Of a stretch of DNA of 64,000 nucleotides, positions 1-9,774 are shown piece after piece; position 1 is the first letter of the stretch; each line of letters begins with the position of its first letter. The stretch is taken from the IMG/VR virus record IMGVR_UViG_3300032213_000911, positions 2,042 to 66,041 of that record; one strand, given 5' to 3'. The DNA is from a virus (taxonomy: Duplodnaviria; Caudoviricetes). The notes under the pieces were generated by a model. It saw only the letters and a list, made by a program, of their open reading frames with translations. It did no database searches and was not told the origin of the DNA. The translations under genes were made by a program, and so were the position numbers.

Positions 1-1
1 T

Positions 2-628
2 AATCTAGAGTGGTCTGAAAAGCTTGGTATTAACCCAAGTAAGTCAATTACTTGTATTAAGCCAGAAGGAACTACTAGTTGCCTTGCTGATTCAGCCAGC
101 GGCCTGCATCCAAGATATGCTCAGTTCTATTATCGAAGAGTTCGTATGGATAAGAAAGATCCAATGTGTGCATTCCTAAAAGATTCTGGTGTTCAATCAG
201 AAGATTGTGTTGTAAATCCAGACTCTACAACAATCTTTACATTTGCCCAGAAAGCACCAGCAGATTCTATTACCCAAAAGAATCTAAAGGCTTTAGATCA
301 TCTAGAACTATGGAATACATATCAGCAATCCTATTGCCACCATAAGCCATCTATTACTGTATCATATGGTGATGATGAGTTCTTATCAATTGGTCAATGG
401 GTATATGAAAACTTTAATGAAATTTCTGGTATTTCTTTCCTTCCTAAATCAGATCATGTTTATGCTCAAGCACCATTTGAAGAAATTGATGCAAGAACCT
501 ATAACATGACTCCAAAGATTGAGGTTGATTGGTCATTACTACAAAACTATGAAAAAGAAGATTCTACAAAAGCATCTCACGCTATGGCTTGTACAGCCGG
601 AGCTTGCGAAATTGTAGATCTATCATAA
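2..628 (+). CDS. nrdJ: class II (B12-dependent) ribonucleotide reductase, C-terminal part (truncated by window start)
   Basis: Frame is open upstream of the ORF call and reads ...SITCIKPEGTTSCLADSASGLHPRYAQFYYRRVR...; also HKPSITVS, SGISFLP, YAQAPFEEI and C-terminal ACTAGACE redox cysteines. Confidence 0.92.
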   Translation, partial: NLEWSEKLGINPSKSITCIKPEGTTSCLADSASGLHPRYAQFYYRRVRMDKKDPMCAFLKDSGVQSEDCVVNPDSTTIFTFAQKAPADSITQKNLKALDHLELWNTYQQSYCHHKPSITVSYGDDEFLSIGQWVYENFNEISGISFLPKSDHVYAQAPFEEIDARTYNMTPKIEVDWSLLQNYEKEDSTKASHAMACTAGACEIVDLS

Positions 629-637
629 GGAAATAAT

Positions 638-847
638 ATGTATTCAAAAGAACAAGTAGCAACTAGATTAAGATTGGGCACTAATTTAAACATACCAGAA
701 CTAGTCCTTATTGTAAAATCATTAATGGAAAAAGTAGACGAATTAGAAAGCAAATATAATGAATTATCCGAAAATAGACGAGGATCTAATAAAGTTTCTG
801 GAGAAGATGTACAACCATCTACCATACGATCCATCTTTAAGCTCTGA
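638..847 (+). CDS. hypothetical protein
   Basis: AAGGA RBS upstream, 69-aa ORF; overlaps the next ORF by 89 nt. Confidence 0.55.
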   Translation: MYSKEQVATRLRLGTNLNIPELVLIVKSLMEKVDELESKYNELSENRRGSNKVSGEDVQPSTIRSIFKL

Positions 848-950
848 TGATTTTACCAGAGAAGCCGCATTTGCTGCTGGTCAAGTAGATGTTGTTTCTA
901 AATTAAAAATTATATTTGAAAAACAAAGAAAGGAGAAGTTTAATGTCTAA
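759..950 (+). CDS. small protein resembling T7 gp6.5-like proteins
   Basis: PKIDEDLIKFLEKMY...AGQVDVVSKLK pattern and position upstream of the portal cluster. Confidence 0.6.
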   Translation: MNYPKIDEDLIKFLEKMYNHLPYDPSLSSDDFTREAAFAAGQVDVVSKLKIIFEKQRKEKFNV

Positions 951-2103
951 TATGCAAGGTATTTCTTATTTAACAAACTTATTATCAGAAGCTAATAAAA
1001 TTAAAGAATCTGAATTAACAAGAACAAAACAATTAGCTGCTGCTCAAAGAAAAATAGCTAATAGTGCTGACTTAAGAAAACAACAAAATATTGTTCAAAC
1101 TGCATTTAAACCAAAACAATCTTCTTATCTAGAACAATCAAGTCAAAACAGAAATGCAAATATTTCTGGTATAAGTGCATTGTATAAAGCAGCTAAAGAA
1201 TATAATCCATTAGGTTCTTCTAAAACAGAAGAACAATTAAAAGAACCCTTAACTTATTTATCTAAACTTAAAGAAGATACAGTAGTGTCTGCTTTAGGGG
1301 ATGCATTAAATGCAACTGGTACGATGCTTCAAGGAGAAGAAGCAAAAATTAACAGTTGGGGTGTAATGGATTCTTTAGAAAATCAAATTAAAACTCTTAC
1401 ATCAGATAAAATTATTAGTACTTCTGGTAGGCATTGGTATAAATCTTCTCCAACAACAGCTGATCTTAACGCAGCAGCAAAGTTACAAACTCAATTAAAT
1501 GAATTAAAACTATATCATCCAGAATCTATTCAAGAAAGAAATAGGCTTACTAGAGATTGGAACAATTTAAGAGCTATTAATAAAGATTTTATTACTCCAC
1601 AACAAACTACTCTTAATAATCTTATAGCAGAGCAAGAAAAATATTTTGGTAAAGATTTTGCAAATGTTTCTAAAGAACAACTAGTGTCGGCTGATTGGAC
1701 TGCATGGCAACAGTTATCTGGAGATATTACTAAATATACTAGTTTAAGAGATACTTATATTAATAAATATAAAGCAGATCCATCTAAATTTAATAAAGAT
1801 TGGATTAAACAATATAATGATTTAATAACATCTACAGCAACTAGTATGAGTGCTGAAATTCCTAAAGTATTACAATCAGCAACTAATACAGCAGCGTCAA
1901 TTAAACAAACACAAGAAACAACTTTATCTGCTTTAGAAGCATTAGATAAATCATTTGGAATGCAATCCAGAGTTCCTGCTGAACAAAGAAAAGTATCTGA
2001 TGTTAATACTACAAGGCAACAAGTATTATCAAGAATACAAAGAGTTGGTTCTTATTCCGAAAAAACAAAACCAACGCCAAAGTTTGAAACACGACCATAT
2101 TAA
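943..2103 (+). CDS. hypothetical helical protein, possibly virion-associated
   Basis: AGGAG at 931-935 favours ATG 943; long Q/A/T-rich ORF. Confidence 0.7.
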   Translation: MSNMQGISYLTNLLSEANKIKESELTRTKQLAAAQRKIANSADLRKQQNIVQTAFKPKQSSYLEQSSQNRNANISGISALYKAAKEYNPLGSSKTEEQLKEPLTYLSKLKEDTVVSALGDALNATGTMLQGEEAKINSWGVMDSLENQIKTLTSDKIISTSGRHWYKSSPTTADLNAAAKLQTQLNELKLYHPESIQERNRLTRDWNNLRAINKDFITPQQTTLNNLIAEQEKYFGKDFANVSKEQLVSADWTAWQQLSGDITKYTSLRDTYINKYKADPSKFNKDWIKQYNDLITSTATSMSAEIPKVLQSATNTAASIKQTQETTLSALEALDKSFGMQSRVPAEQRKVSDVNTTRQQVLSRIQRVGSYSEKTKPTPKFETRPY

Positions 2104-2114
2104 GGAGATTAAAA

Positions 2115-2450
2115 ATGGGTGGAGCACCAACAATTTCAGGCGGAATGTCACAAGCTGAATATCAAAAACTATTAGATGAACAAAGAGTTTATGCTGAAGA
2201 AGCAGAAGCAAAGCGAGAAGCTAAATTAGCTGAGTATGAACAAAATAGAATTAAGGCAGAAAAAGATCTTTTAGAAGCTCAAAAATTAGCTGAACAACAA
2301 AAGATTGCTGCTCAACAAGATGCAGAAGCTCAAATTGCTGGAGAAGTAGAGGCTATGGATCAAACTCAAATTAAAAGGGCTACTTTAGGAACAGATCTTG
2401 CACAATCCTTATTAAAGGGAATGTCTGGAACTACTGAAAGACCAAAGTGA
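2115..2450 (+). CDS. virion assembly protein (T7 gp6.7/7.3-like position)
   Basis: AAGGAG RBS, MGGAP start, coiled coil, immediately upstream of portal. Confidence 0.6.
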   Translation: MGGAPTISGGMSQAEYQKLLDEQRVYAEEAEAKREAKLAEYEQNRIKAEKDLLEAQKLAEQQKIAAQQDAEAQIAGEVEAMDQTQIKRATLGTDLAQSLLKGMSGTTERPK

Positions 2451-2458
2451 GGTAAAAC

Positions 2459-4081
2459 ATGGCAGAACAAACTTTAGCGGAACGGTTTAGAACACTAGAT
2501 GGGCGTAGACAGTACCGAATCGACCTTGCTCGTAAGTGTGCAAGTCTAACCATTCCTTCTGTTCTGCCACCAAGAGGTTGGACAGAAGATACTGCACTTC
2601 CTCAACCATACTCATCAATAGCTAGCAGAGGTGTTACAGCAATGGCAAGCAGAATGTTATCTGCATTAATGCCATTAAACGATACCCCATTTTTTAAGTT
2701 TGCCTTAAAGACTGGTGCTGAAGCAACACCAGAAATTAAAACATATCTTGAAACTCTTAGTTATCAAGTATACAATAAAATTGTATCTCATAATTTAAGA
2801 GAAACAATATTTCAAGCACTACAACATCTTATTATTGTTGGTGATGTATTAACTATAATGGATGATGATTTTTCATTTAAAAATCTTAGATGTGATCAAT
2901 ATACGGTTCAAAGAAATGTTCATGGTAAAGTAATAGAACTAATTCATCTTGAATATATTCCAATTGATCCATTAGATGAATCGGTTGATCAAGCAGGATC
3001 ATCTAGTCTTGAATACAGACATGGTTATAAAACACTTTATTGTCAATATATTTTAGATGAAGATGGATCTGGTTGGTATGGCCGTAAAGAAGATGAAGAT
3101 GGTGAAGTTGTTATGGAAGGAGAATATAAAGTTCTTCCATTAATTCCACTAAGATGGTATGGCATTATTGGAGAAAACTACGGTAGATCCCATTGTGAAG
3201 ATATTCTTGGTGATTTGACATCACTAGAAAACTATACACAAGCCCATATTGAAGGTATGGCAGCAGCCTCAACCTTTTGGATTGGTGTTGATCCCGGTGG
3301 TTTAACTGAAATTGATGATATTGCCTCTGCTAATAATGGTACATTTGTTCCCGCAAGACAAACAGATGTATTCTGTATTAGTCCAGCTAATACCTTAAAC
3401 CCACAAATTGCATCTACACAAGGTGCAGTACAGGAAATGCGTACAGAAGTAGCTGAAGCGTTTTTAATGACAAGAGGAGCACTTCCTACTGGTGATAGAG
3501 TAACAGCAACTGCGGTAAGAATGATTGGGTCTGAATTAGAAACAGTACTAGGTGGGGCTTTCTCATCTATTGCTAGAGATCTAATGGAACCTATTGTTAA
3601 AAGAGCTGTCTTTATCATGTTAGATACTGGTGACATAGATGAAAGAATGACAGAACAATTTTACGATAAAGATGGAACTCTTAATATTGAAATTGTAACA
3701 GGTCTTCAAGCTTTATCTAAAGACTCAGATCTACAAAAACTAATGCAAATGGGTGAGATGGTTAGAAACCTACCACCACAAGCATTACAAACATTCCGTT
3801 GGGATGCTTATTCAAAAGCTTTAATATCATCTCTTGGTTTTGATCCAAGAATGTGGGTTAAGTCTGAAGAAGAAATCATGCAAGAACAACAGATGGCTCA
3901 ACAGCAAACAATGCAAGCACAGATGCAACAACAAGCTGGTAGTGCTATTACAAATGGTGTTGTTAATACAGCATCTCAAGCTGCTCAACAAGACTTACAA
4001 CAGACTGGTGGACAAAATATTGGATCAGTTCTACAGCAATTTGGTATTAATCCACAACAACTAACAGGAATGCAACAATGA
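2459..4081 (+). CDS. head-tail connector (portal), T7 gp8-like
   Basis: LTIPSVLP, ASRMLSAL, GENYGRSHCE, DRVTATAVR, LETVLGG motifs; Q-rich C-terminus; 540 aa. Confidence 0.95.
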   Translation: MAEQTLAERFRTLDGRRQYRIDLARKCASLTIPSVLPPRGWTEDTALPQPYSSIASRGVTAMASRMLSALMPLNDTPFFKFALKTGAEATPEIKTYLETLSYQVYNKIVSHNLRETIFQALQHLIIVGDVLTIMDDDFSFKNLRCDQYTVQRNVHGKVIELIHLEYIPIDPLDESVDQAGSSSLEYRHGYKTLYCQYILDEDGSGWYGRKEDEDGEVVMEGEYKVLPLIPLRWYGIIGENYGRSHCEDILGDLTSLENYTQAHIEGMAAASTFWIGVDPGGLTEIDDIASANNGTFVPARQTDVFCISPANTLNPQIASTQGAVQEMRTEVAEAFLMTRGALPTGDRVTATAVRMIGSELETVLGGAFSSIARDLMEPIVKRAVFIMLDTGDIDERMTEQFYDKDGTLNIEIVTGLQALSKDSDLQKLMQMGEMVRNLPPQALQTFRWDAYSKALISSLGFDPRMWVKSEEEIMQEQQMAQQQTMQAQMQQQAGSAITNGVVNTASQAAQQDLQQTGGQNIGSVLQQFGINPQQLTGMQQ

Positions 4082-4377
4082 GAAAACCATTAAATAAAGC
4101 AAAGATGGCTTGTAATAGACCACAAAAATCTCCTAATCCAGCCAAGAAGCGAGTTGTAAAAGCTTGTGCTAATGGCCAAGAAAAGATTATTCATTATGGT
4201 GCTACTGGTTATGGTAATAACTATTCAGCAGCAGCAAGAAAATCATTCAAGGCTAGACACAAATGTTCATCTGCTGGTAATAAATTAACAGCCCGATATT
4301 GGGCCTGTAAAGACCTGTGGGCTGGTCCTAAGGGATCTAAAACTAGTTGCCCTAAAGGTAGAAAGTGTAAGAAATAA
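4078..4377 (+). CDS. small basic Cys-containing phage protein
   Basis: ARKSFKARHKC...TARYWAC motif; start overlaps portal stop (ATGA). Confidence 0.75.
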   Translation: MRKPLNKAKMACNRPQKSPNPAKKRVVKACANGQEKIIHYGATGYGNNYSAAARKSFKARHKCSSAGNKLTARYWACKDLWAGPKGSKTSCPKGRKCKK

Positions 4378-4508
4378 TGCCTTTTAAATCAAAACAACAA
4401 GCAAAGTTTATGTTTGCTACTCATCCACGAATTGCTAAAAAATGGGCTAAAAAAACTAGTTCAATTAAAGAACTTCCAAAATACGCTAAGAAGAAAAAGA
4501 AAAAATGA
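4377..4508 (+). CDS. 43-aa basic protein (MPFKSKQQAKFMFATHPRIAKKW...)
   Basis: Not in ORF track; TAATG stop/start overlap. Confidence 0.7.
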   Translation: MPFKSKQQAKFMFATHPRIAKKWAKKTSSIKELPKYAKKKKKK

Positions 4509-4654
4509 AAAAGAAAAAGAAACCATTAGATGCTTGTGCAAAGGCTGCTAAGGCTGCTTATAAAGTATGGCCTAGTGCTTATGCTAGCGGTGCTGCTGTT
4601 CAATGTCGCAAAGGAAAAGGTTTCTTAGCAAAGAGAGTTCGCCGTGGCCGATAA
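4505..4654 (+). CDS. 49-aa basic protein (DACAKAAKAAYKVWPSAYASGAAVQCRK)
   Basis: Not in ORF track; ATGA overlap; WPSAYASG motif recurrent in small aquatic-phage proteins. Confidence 0.7.
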   Translation: MKKKKKPLDACAKAAKAAYKVWPSAYASGAAVQCRKGKGFLAKRVRRGR

Positions 4655-4865
4655 GTTTTCTTTAGAAAAGAAAAAAGGATTACATGGTTGGTTTAGTCGC
4701 AATAAAGGTAAGGGTTGGATAGACTGTAAGACTGGTAAGCCTTGTGGTAGATCTGGTTCTAAAGACAAACGCAATGGATATCCTGCTTGTCGTCCTACTA
4801 AAGCAATGTGTAATAAAAAAGGTACGCGAAGAAAAAATTCATCAAAAAGGGTGTCTTGGAAATGA
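4644..4865 (+). CDS. small basic Cys-rich protein (W..CKTGKPCGR...YPACRP)
   Basis: GTG start overlapping the previous ORF. Confidence 0.7.
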   Translation: MADKFSLEKKKGLHGWFSRNKGKGWIDCKTGKPCGRSGSKDKRNGYPACRPTKAMCNKKGTRRKNSSKRVSWK

Positions 4866-5032
4866 AGACTAAATTCAAATGCAATTGTGGAACAACAACA
4901 AGAATGACTGGGAAGCAAGCAGAATCAAAGAAGAATATGACATCTTCCTCAAAGATGAAGAAGTCATCAAAGCGTTAAATAAAATAAAGATGCAGTATTC
5001 TGATTTATTAAAAAAACTTATGGAGAATAATA

Positions 5033-5689
5033 ATGAGTGATTTTCTACTAGCAAAAATAGATAATCAAAAATTCTATATTCTTCCAGTTTGTAATATACC
5101 AGATATTCCAACTGCTCCAGATGTAACTGATGAAACATGGGTTGAATGGGCATCAAAAGGTTATTCAGTATCAACAACTACTGGTGGAATAAATAGTCAA
5201 TATAACGATAATATTGAAACTTATATTATTCCAGAATATCTTAAAAAACTAGATATAGATTATATTTCATTTGGTGTTACTGCAAACGGTAGTGTTGCAA
5301 ACCCAATTAATAATGAAAGTTATATAATTACTTGTAATTTAATTTATGAATTAGTAGATGGAATAAACCCATTTTATGATGGAACTGGTTCTTCTTTTAC
5401 TTTTGCAGAAGCTAATTTATATAGAACACAAATTAAAGTTCCTAATGGAAAACTAATACCAATAGACCTTAAAAGTGTATATGCTATAGAAGATATTGCA
5501 TATTTACTTAACGAAGATCTTCCGGGACCAACTTCTTCACCAGATAAAAACAATAAAGCAAGACCTTATAATATTACTTTGTGGAAAAAGTTTCTTAAAT
5601 CAAATGCAAATAATAGATTTTCATTTATAGCTGATGGTAAACTACCAGTTGGTCTTAATGAGTATATTAACCCCGATTATACAGGATAA
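5033..5689 (+). CDS. hypothetical protein, paralogue 1 of a tandem pair
   Basis: GGAG RBS; shares IDYISFG, NGxLxPID and NITLWKxFxKS with the next ORF. Confidence 0.8.
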   Translation: MSDFLLAKIDNQKFYILPVCNIPDIPTAPDVTDETWVEWASKGYSVSTTTGGINSQYNDNIETYIIPEYLKKLDIDYISFGVTANGSVANPINNESYIITCNLIYELVDGINPFYDGTGSSFTFAEANLYRTQIKVPNGKLIPIDLKSVYAIEDIAYLLNEDLPGPTSSPDKNNKARPYNITLWKKFLKSNANNRFSFIADGKLPVGLNEYINPDYTG

Positions 5690-5694
5690 CAACA

Positions 5695-6243
5695 ATGTCA
5701 GATTTCTTTTCAGCTAGTGTAAATAATGCATATTTCTATGTACTTCCTATATGTAATTTACTTCCATATAACTCAGGATCTAGTACTGGAGGTATTGTAG
5801 GTAATGTTGCTGGAACAAACCCATTAAGCACTACAATTACAATTCCAGATTATATTAAAAACTTAGAAATAGATTATATTTCTTTTGGTGCTAATCCAGC
5901 AGGGGCTGCCGTATTACCATCACAATTATGTGTATTACAGATTGTGTATGATACTGGCGATAATGTTGATTTTCAAGTTTATAATTCAGCAAATAATTTA
6001 GTATCTTTATCAACTGATTCTGAATATATTGTTGAAATTAGAGTTAGAAATGGTGAACTACTTCCTATTGATATAAAAAATATTAAAAGAATTCAAGCAA
6101 GTACAAGTTCAGCATCAACTAATAGTCTAGCTACTCCAACAAATATTACTTTATGGAAGCGTTTTATTAAGTCAGCTTCAACAAACAAAAATACCTACAT
6201 GGTAGATAACAAACTATCAGCAGGTCCAAATTCAACGGTATAA
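5695..6243 (+). CDS. hypothetical protein, paralogue 2 of a tandem pair
   Basis: Same motifs as 5033..5689. Confidence 0.8.
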   Translation: MSDFFSASVNNAYFYVLPICNLLPYNSGSSTGGIVGNVAGTNPLSTTITIPDYIKNLEIDYISFGANPAGAAVLPSQLCVLQIVYDTGDNVDFQVYNSANNLVSLSTDSEYIVEIRVRNGELLPIDIKNIKRIQASTSSASTNSLATPTNITLWKRFIKSASTNKNTYMVDNKLSAGPNSTV

Positions 6244-6249
6244 TATAAC

Positions 6250-6489
6250 ATGCCAACTAAAAGAAATTATAAAAAAGAATACGCAAAATATCATGGTACT
6301 GCCGCTTATCGTAAGCGAAGATCACTAAGAGTAACCGCCCGTCGTAAATTAGAAAAGACTGGTCGTGTTCGTAAGGGTGATGGTAAAGATGTAGACCACA
6401 AGAAGGCGTTATCTAAAGGTGGTACTAATGGACTAAGAAATCTTAGAGTAGTATCCCGACGCACTAATCGTGGTAAAGACAATAACTAA
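6250..6489 (+). CDS. small HNH endonuclease-like protein
   Basis: GKDVDHKKALSKGGTN..NLRVVS...NR HNH pattern. Confidence 0.8.
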   Translation: MPTKRNYKKEYAKYHGTAAYRKRRSLRVTARRKLEKTGRVRKGDGKDVDHKKALSKGGTNGLRNLRVVSRRTNRGKDNN

Positions 6490-6495
6490 GGAGAT

Positions 6496-7479
6496 ATGAT
6501 GATAGACGAAACTAATGAGACTCAGGAAGCTTTTGAATATCAACAACCACCAGCTACAAGCGAGGCTGATATTCAAATAAAACAAGCTGAACAATCTCAA
6601 ACATCTAGCGCAGAAGATATGCATAGTGCTAGAGATAGAAAGGCATTTGAAATTTATGTTAAAAACCAAGGTCTTGAAATTCCAAAAAATTTTAAAGATA
6701 GTAATGCTTGGTTTGATTCATTAAAGAATGCTCAAAAGGAATATACTAAGGCTCGACAGGAAATAGCTGAACTTAAAAAAACATATGAAAAAAATGGTGT
6801 AGTCAATGAATCATATGTAGAAGAAACAGCTTCTGAAGAATCAGTAGTACAAGCTTCTGAACCAGAAGTAAAAATTCCAGAAGAATTAAGAATTCCAAAT
6901 ATTACTAAGAAAGAAGAAGGAGTAACTAAAGAACCAATTAAGCCAACAATCTCAGAAGAAGATTGGTCTAAATGGTCTATGGAAGTTGCTATAAGTAATG
7001 ATCTATCTACTGAGTCAATCACAGAAATTAAATCAAAGACTGGCTTTAGTGATAGAATGATTACTGATTATGTAGAAGGTCAACGGGCAAGATCAAGAGA
7101 AGCTTTTTCTAAGGCTGCTGATATTGTCGGTGACAAGAGTAAACTTAGCAGTATCTTTGCATGGGCTGCAAAGACTATGACTCCTCAGCAACAAGCAGAA
7201 ATTAATGCTACCCTAGCTAGCCCAAGCTGGGAAGTTGCTTTGTTGGGTCTACAGGCTAAGTATGAAAAAGCCACCGTAGGTATAGCAAAGGGTAAGGAAA
7301 TGCCTGTTAATAAGAATCAGGTCAATGTGGCCTCAACTAAACAGGCATTAACACCCTATAGGACTAAGCGAGAGTTCTACGCTGATAGAGGAAACCCAAG
7401 ATACAATAGCGATCCTAAGTTCCGTCAAGCAGTAGAACAACGCATTATTATGTCCGATATTACTCGTTTACCAAACTGA
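6496..7479 (+). CDS. capsid scaffolding protein, T7 gp9-like
   Basis: Acidic; directly upstream of capsid; C-terminal PRYNSDPKFRQAVEQRI motif. Confidence 0.85.
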   Translation: MMIDETNETQEAFEYQQPPATSEADIQIKQAEQSQTSSAEDMHSARDRKAFEIYVKNQGLEIPKNFKDSNAWFDSLKNAQKEYTKARQEIAELKKTYEKNGVVNESYVEETASEESVVQASEPEVKIPEELRIPNITKKEEGVTKEPIKPTISEEDWSKWSMEVAISNDLSTESITEIKSKTGFSDRMITDYVEGQRARSREAFSKAADIVGDKSKLSSIFAWAAKTMTPQQQAEINATLASPSWEVALLGLQAKYEKATVGIAKGKEMPVNKNQVNVASTKQALTPYRTKREFYADRGNPRYNSDPKFRQAVEQRIIMSDITRLPN

Positions 7480-7581
7480 CTTTATTAAGCAAATCCCCCT
7501 TAATGGTAATGGATGGCAAAATAAAGAAAGTAACACAAGCATGACTCCTATGGAATAATCAAATTGTGATTATGTTACTTT
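7480..7581 (+). promoter_or_regulatory. structured leader of the capsid gene (two adjacent stem-loops)
   Basis: CTTTATT 7480-86 pairs with AATAAAG 7520-26; AAAGTAACA 7527-35 pairs with TGTTACTTT 7573-81. Confidence 0.5.
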
Positions 7582-7642
7582 ATCGTTTTACTAATTTTAT
7601 TTATTAATTTACTATTTTAAACTTATATAGGAGTATATAACT

Positions 7643-8956
7643 ATGGCATTTTCTAATAATCAATATTCTAATCTTGCAGCAGGTGATTTTACACCACCAC
7701 GAAGTGGAACAACTGATGCAATTGACGGAAGCAATCCAAATAAACTCTGGCTCCCACTGTGGAGCGGAGAAGTAATTCATGCTTACGATCAATACAATGT
7801 ATTTGAAAGTCTAGTTACTAATAAATCACTAACAGGCGGATTCTCATGGGAATTCCCAATTACTGGTACTGTAGGCTTAGAACCATCATGGGATGCTGGT
7901 GAAGAACTAGGTGGTTACTCAGGTTCTGCTAGTGCAACAACCAACAGTTTCAAGGTAAATCTTGACAAGCGTCCAATGGCCACTCACTTTGAAACTGATA
8001 ATGTTGATGCTCTCATTACTCAATGGGACTATCGTAGCGAACTAGCCAGACAAGCTGGACAAACCCTAGCAAATACCAGAGATCGTCAGCTTGCTGAAAC
8101 TATCTGTGTTGCTGGTCTACTATCACCACTAGGTGTTAGCCACACAGCTGGTACTGGTACTACTGCTGATCCAAGAGGTCTAGCTTATACAGACTTTCCT
8201 TCACCAGCAGTTGTTGGTACAGCTGTTGCTGGTGCTAATAACTATGCAGTAACTAACTGCACAGAACTATCAGCTCTTAATATTCTTAAGGCTATTGAAG
8301 ATTACTTTGTATTCATGCAGGAACACGACTACCCAGCTAACAATGTTTATTGTGTAGTCACTCCAAAGGTATTCCAAGTAATTCGTGGTCTTGGTATTCC
8401 AAGAGCTGTACACGCAGCTTCCGGCGCGTCTTGGGCTAATGGTACTTATGCTAATACCCCACTATTTACTGGTAGTGATGATTACAATGCTGGTATGGGT
8501 ATTGGTATGGGCATGAATGCATTAACTGATTCTCTTGAATATATGGGTTGCCGTATTATCAAGAGTAATCATCTTCCAAACGGAAAAGATTATGCTACAA
8601 ATAATATTGGTTCAACCAAGTATAATCTAAAATGGAGTGCTGATACTTGCCCAGATATCTTTGGTGCTATCTTTCAGCCAGAAGCAGTTGCTGGTCTATC
8701 ACTAATGGGTATGAAAGTTGACACCGTACAGGATGTTCGAAGAAATACTCAATTTACCGTAGCTAGTATGATGAAGGGTACTGGTATTATTCGTCCAGAA
8801 CTATGTCAGCTACTAGTAGGTATTAATAACGGTGGTGCTGGCGCAGATCTTGCTAGTGGTGGTATTGACGAAAGACACGAAGTATATTCAATCATCAATT
8901 CCGCTTCTAGCTCAGCCCTAGCAAACGGTTTCGGTGCTGAATACGCACAAGCTTGA
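7643..8956 (+). CDS. major capsid protein, T7 gp10-like
   Basis: LWSGEVIHAY, FPITG, WDYRSELARQAGQTLA..RD, GTGIIRPE motifs; AGGAG RBS. Confidence 0.95.
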   Translation: MAFSNNQYSNLAAGDFTPPRSGTTDAIDGSNPNKLWLPLWSGEVIHAYDQYNVFESLVTNKSLTGGFSWEFPITGTVGLEPSWDAGEELGGYSGSASATTNSFKVNLDKRPMATHFETDNVDALITQWDYRSELARQAGQTLANTRDRQLAETICVAGLLSPLGVSHTAGTGTTADPRGLAYTDFPSPAVVGTAVAGANNYAVTNCTELSALNILKAIEDYFVFMQEHDYPANNVYCVVTPKVFQVIRGLGIPRAVHAASGASWANGTYANTPLFTGSDDYNAGMGIGMGMNALTDSLEYMGCRIIKSNHLPNGKDYATNNIGSTKYNLKWSADTCPDIFGAIFQPEAVAGLSLMGMKVDTVQDVRRNTQFTVASMMKGTGIIRPELCQLLVGINNGGAGADLASGGIDERHEVYSIINSASSSALANGFGAEYAQA

Positions 8957-9026
8957 TAATGATTAATCTTACTGTTAATATCGTTTATTTGTTTAAACAT
9001 GTTTGACAGGAGGTGATCTTACATCT

Positions 9027-9075
9027 ACCCCCGGCTCCCTTAATTGGGAGTCGGGTGGTTTATTTTTTCTTTTTT
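9027..9075 (+). terminator. T-phi-like intrinsic terminator after the capsid gene
   Basis: CCCGGCTCCC-TTAATT-GGGAGTCGGG stem followed by a T-rich tract. Confidence 0.85.
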
Positions 9076-9088
9076 ATAAGGAGGCTAT

Positions 9089-9772
9089 ATGGGTTTTATT
9101 ACAAAGCTACAAGCTATTAACCAAATGTTACTGGCAGCAGGCGAAGCTCCTGTAGCCGATTTATTAAATAATTCTGGTATTGATACCAGCGTTGCTGAAA
9201 CTATTTTAGAACAAGCTAGTTTAGATTTTCAATTAAGAGGTCTTGCTAATAATAAAATAACTAGAAAACTAAATCCAAATAGTGAAGGTAAAATATACTT
9301 TTCTGTTGGAGCAGATGCTGATGAAGAAGGAATTATTTCAGCTGATCTAATGTCGTTGCATTTAAACACAAACAATGAAAGAATTGTTGCTAAGGTTTAT
9401 AATGATGGATCTGGTTCAACTGGTTCGATTAAATTATATAACTTTACTGACGAAACCGATGTTTGGACTTATGCTGATTATTATGTTGAAATAATTAAAA
9501 AACTAAAATGGGATCATTTAGATACTCCAGTTCAAAAATCTATTTTAACAACAGCAGCTAGACATTATCAAATTCTTACTCAAGGTGATCCTGCTGCCGA
9601 TCAATTCTTAGCTTTCCAAGAACAGGTATTTGGTTTTAAAGGAAAAGCAGCAGACATTAATGATAAAAAGAGAAATATTTTTAGTTCTGGTGACGCGAAT
9701 GTTAGGGGTGCTGTTTTTAGAAATCCTTATATTTATGATCCATCAAGATATCGTTTTTGGCGAGGAGTATAA
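9089..9772 (+). CDS. tail tubular protein A, T7 gp11-like
   Basis: TKLQAINQMLLAAGEAPV N-terminus; position after capsid terminator. Confidence 0.92.
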   Translation: MGFITKLQAINQMLLAAGEAPVADLLNNSGIDTSVAETILEQASLDFQLRGLANNKITRKLNPNSEGKIYFSVGADADEEGIISADLMSLHLNTNNERIVAKVYNDGSGSTGSIKLYNFTDETDVWTYADYYVEIIKKLKWDHLDTPVQKSILTTAARHYQILTQGDPAADQFLAFQEQVFGFKGKAADINDKKRNIFSSGDANVRGAVFRNPYIYDPSRYRFWRGV

Positions 9773-9774
9773 TA

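Noticed and set aside
8880-9000. T7 gp10B-type capsid frameshift extension
   Set aside because: Three in-frame stops follow the gene, the other frames close quickly, and a terminator follows
9003-9031. sigma70 promoter at the TTGACA after the capsid gene
   Set aside because: No -10 box at 16-18-nt spacing
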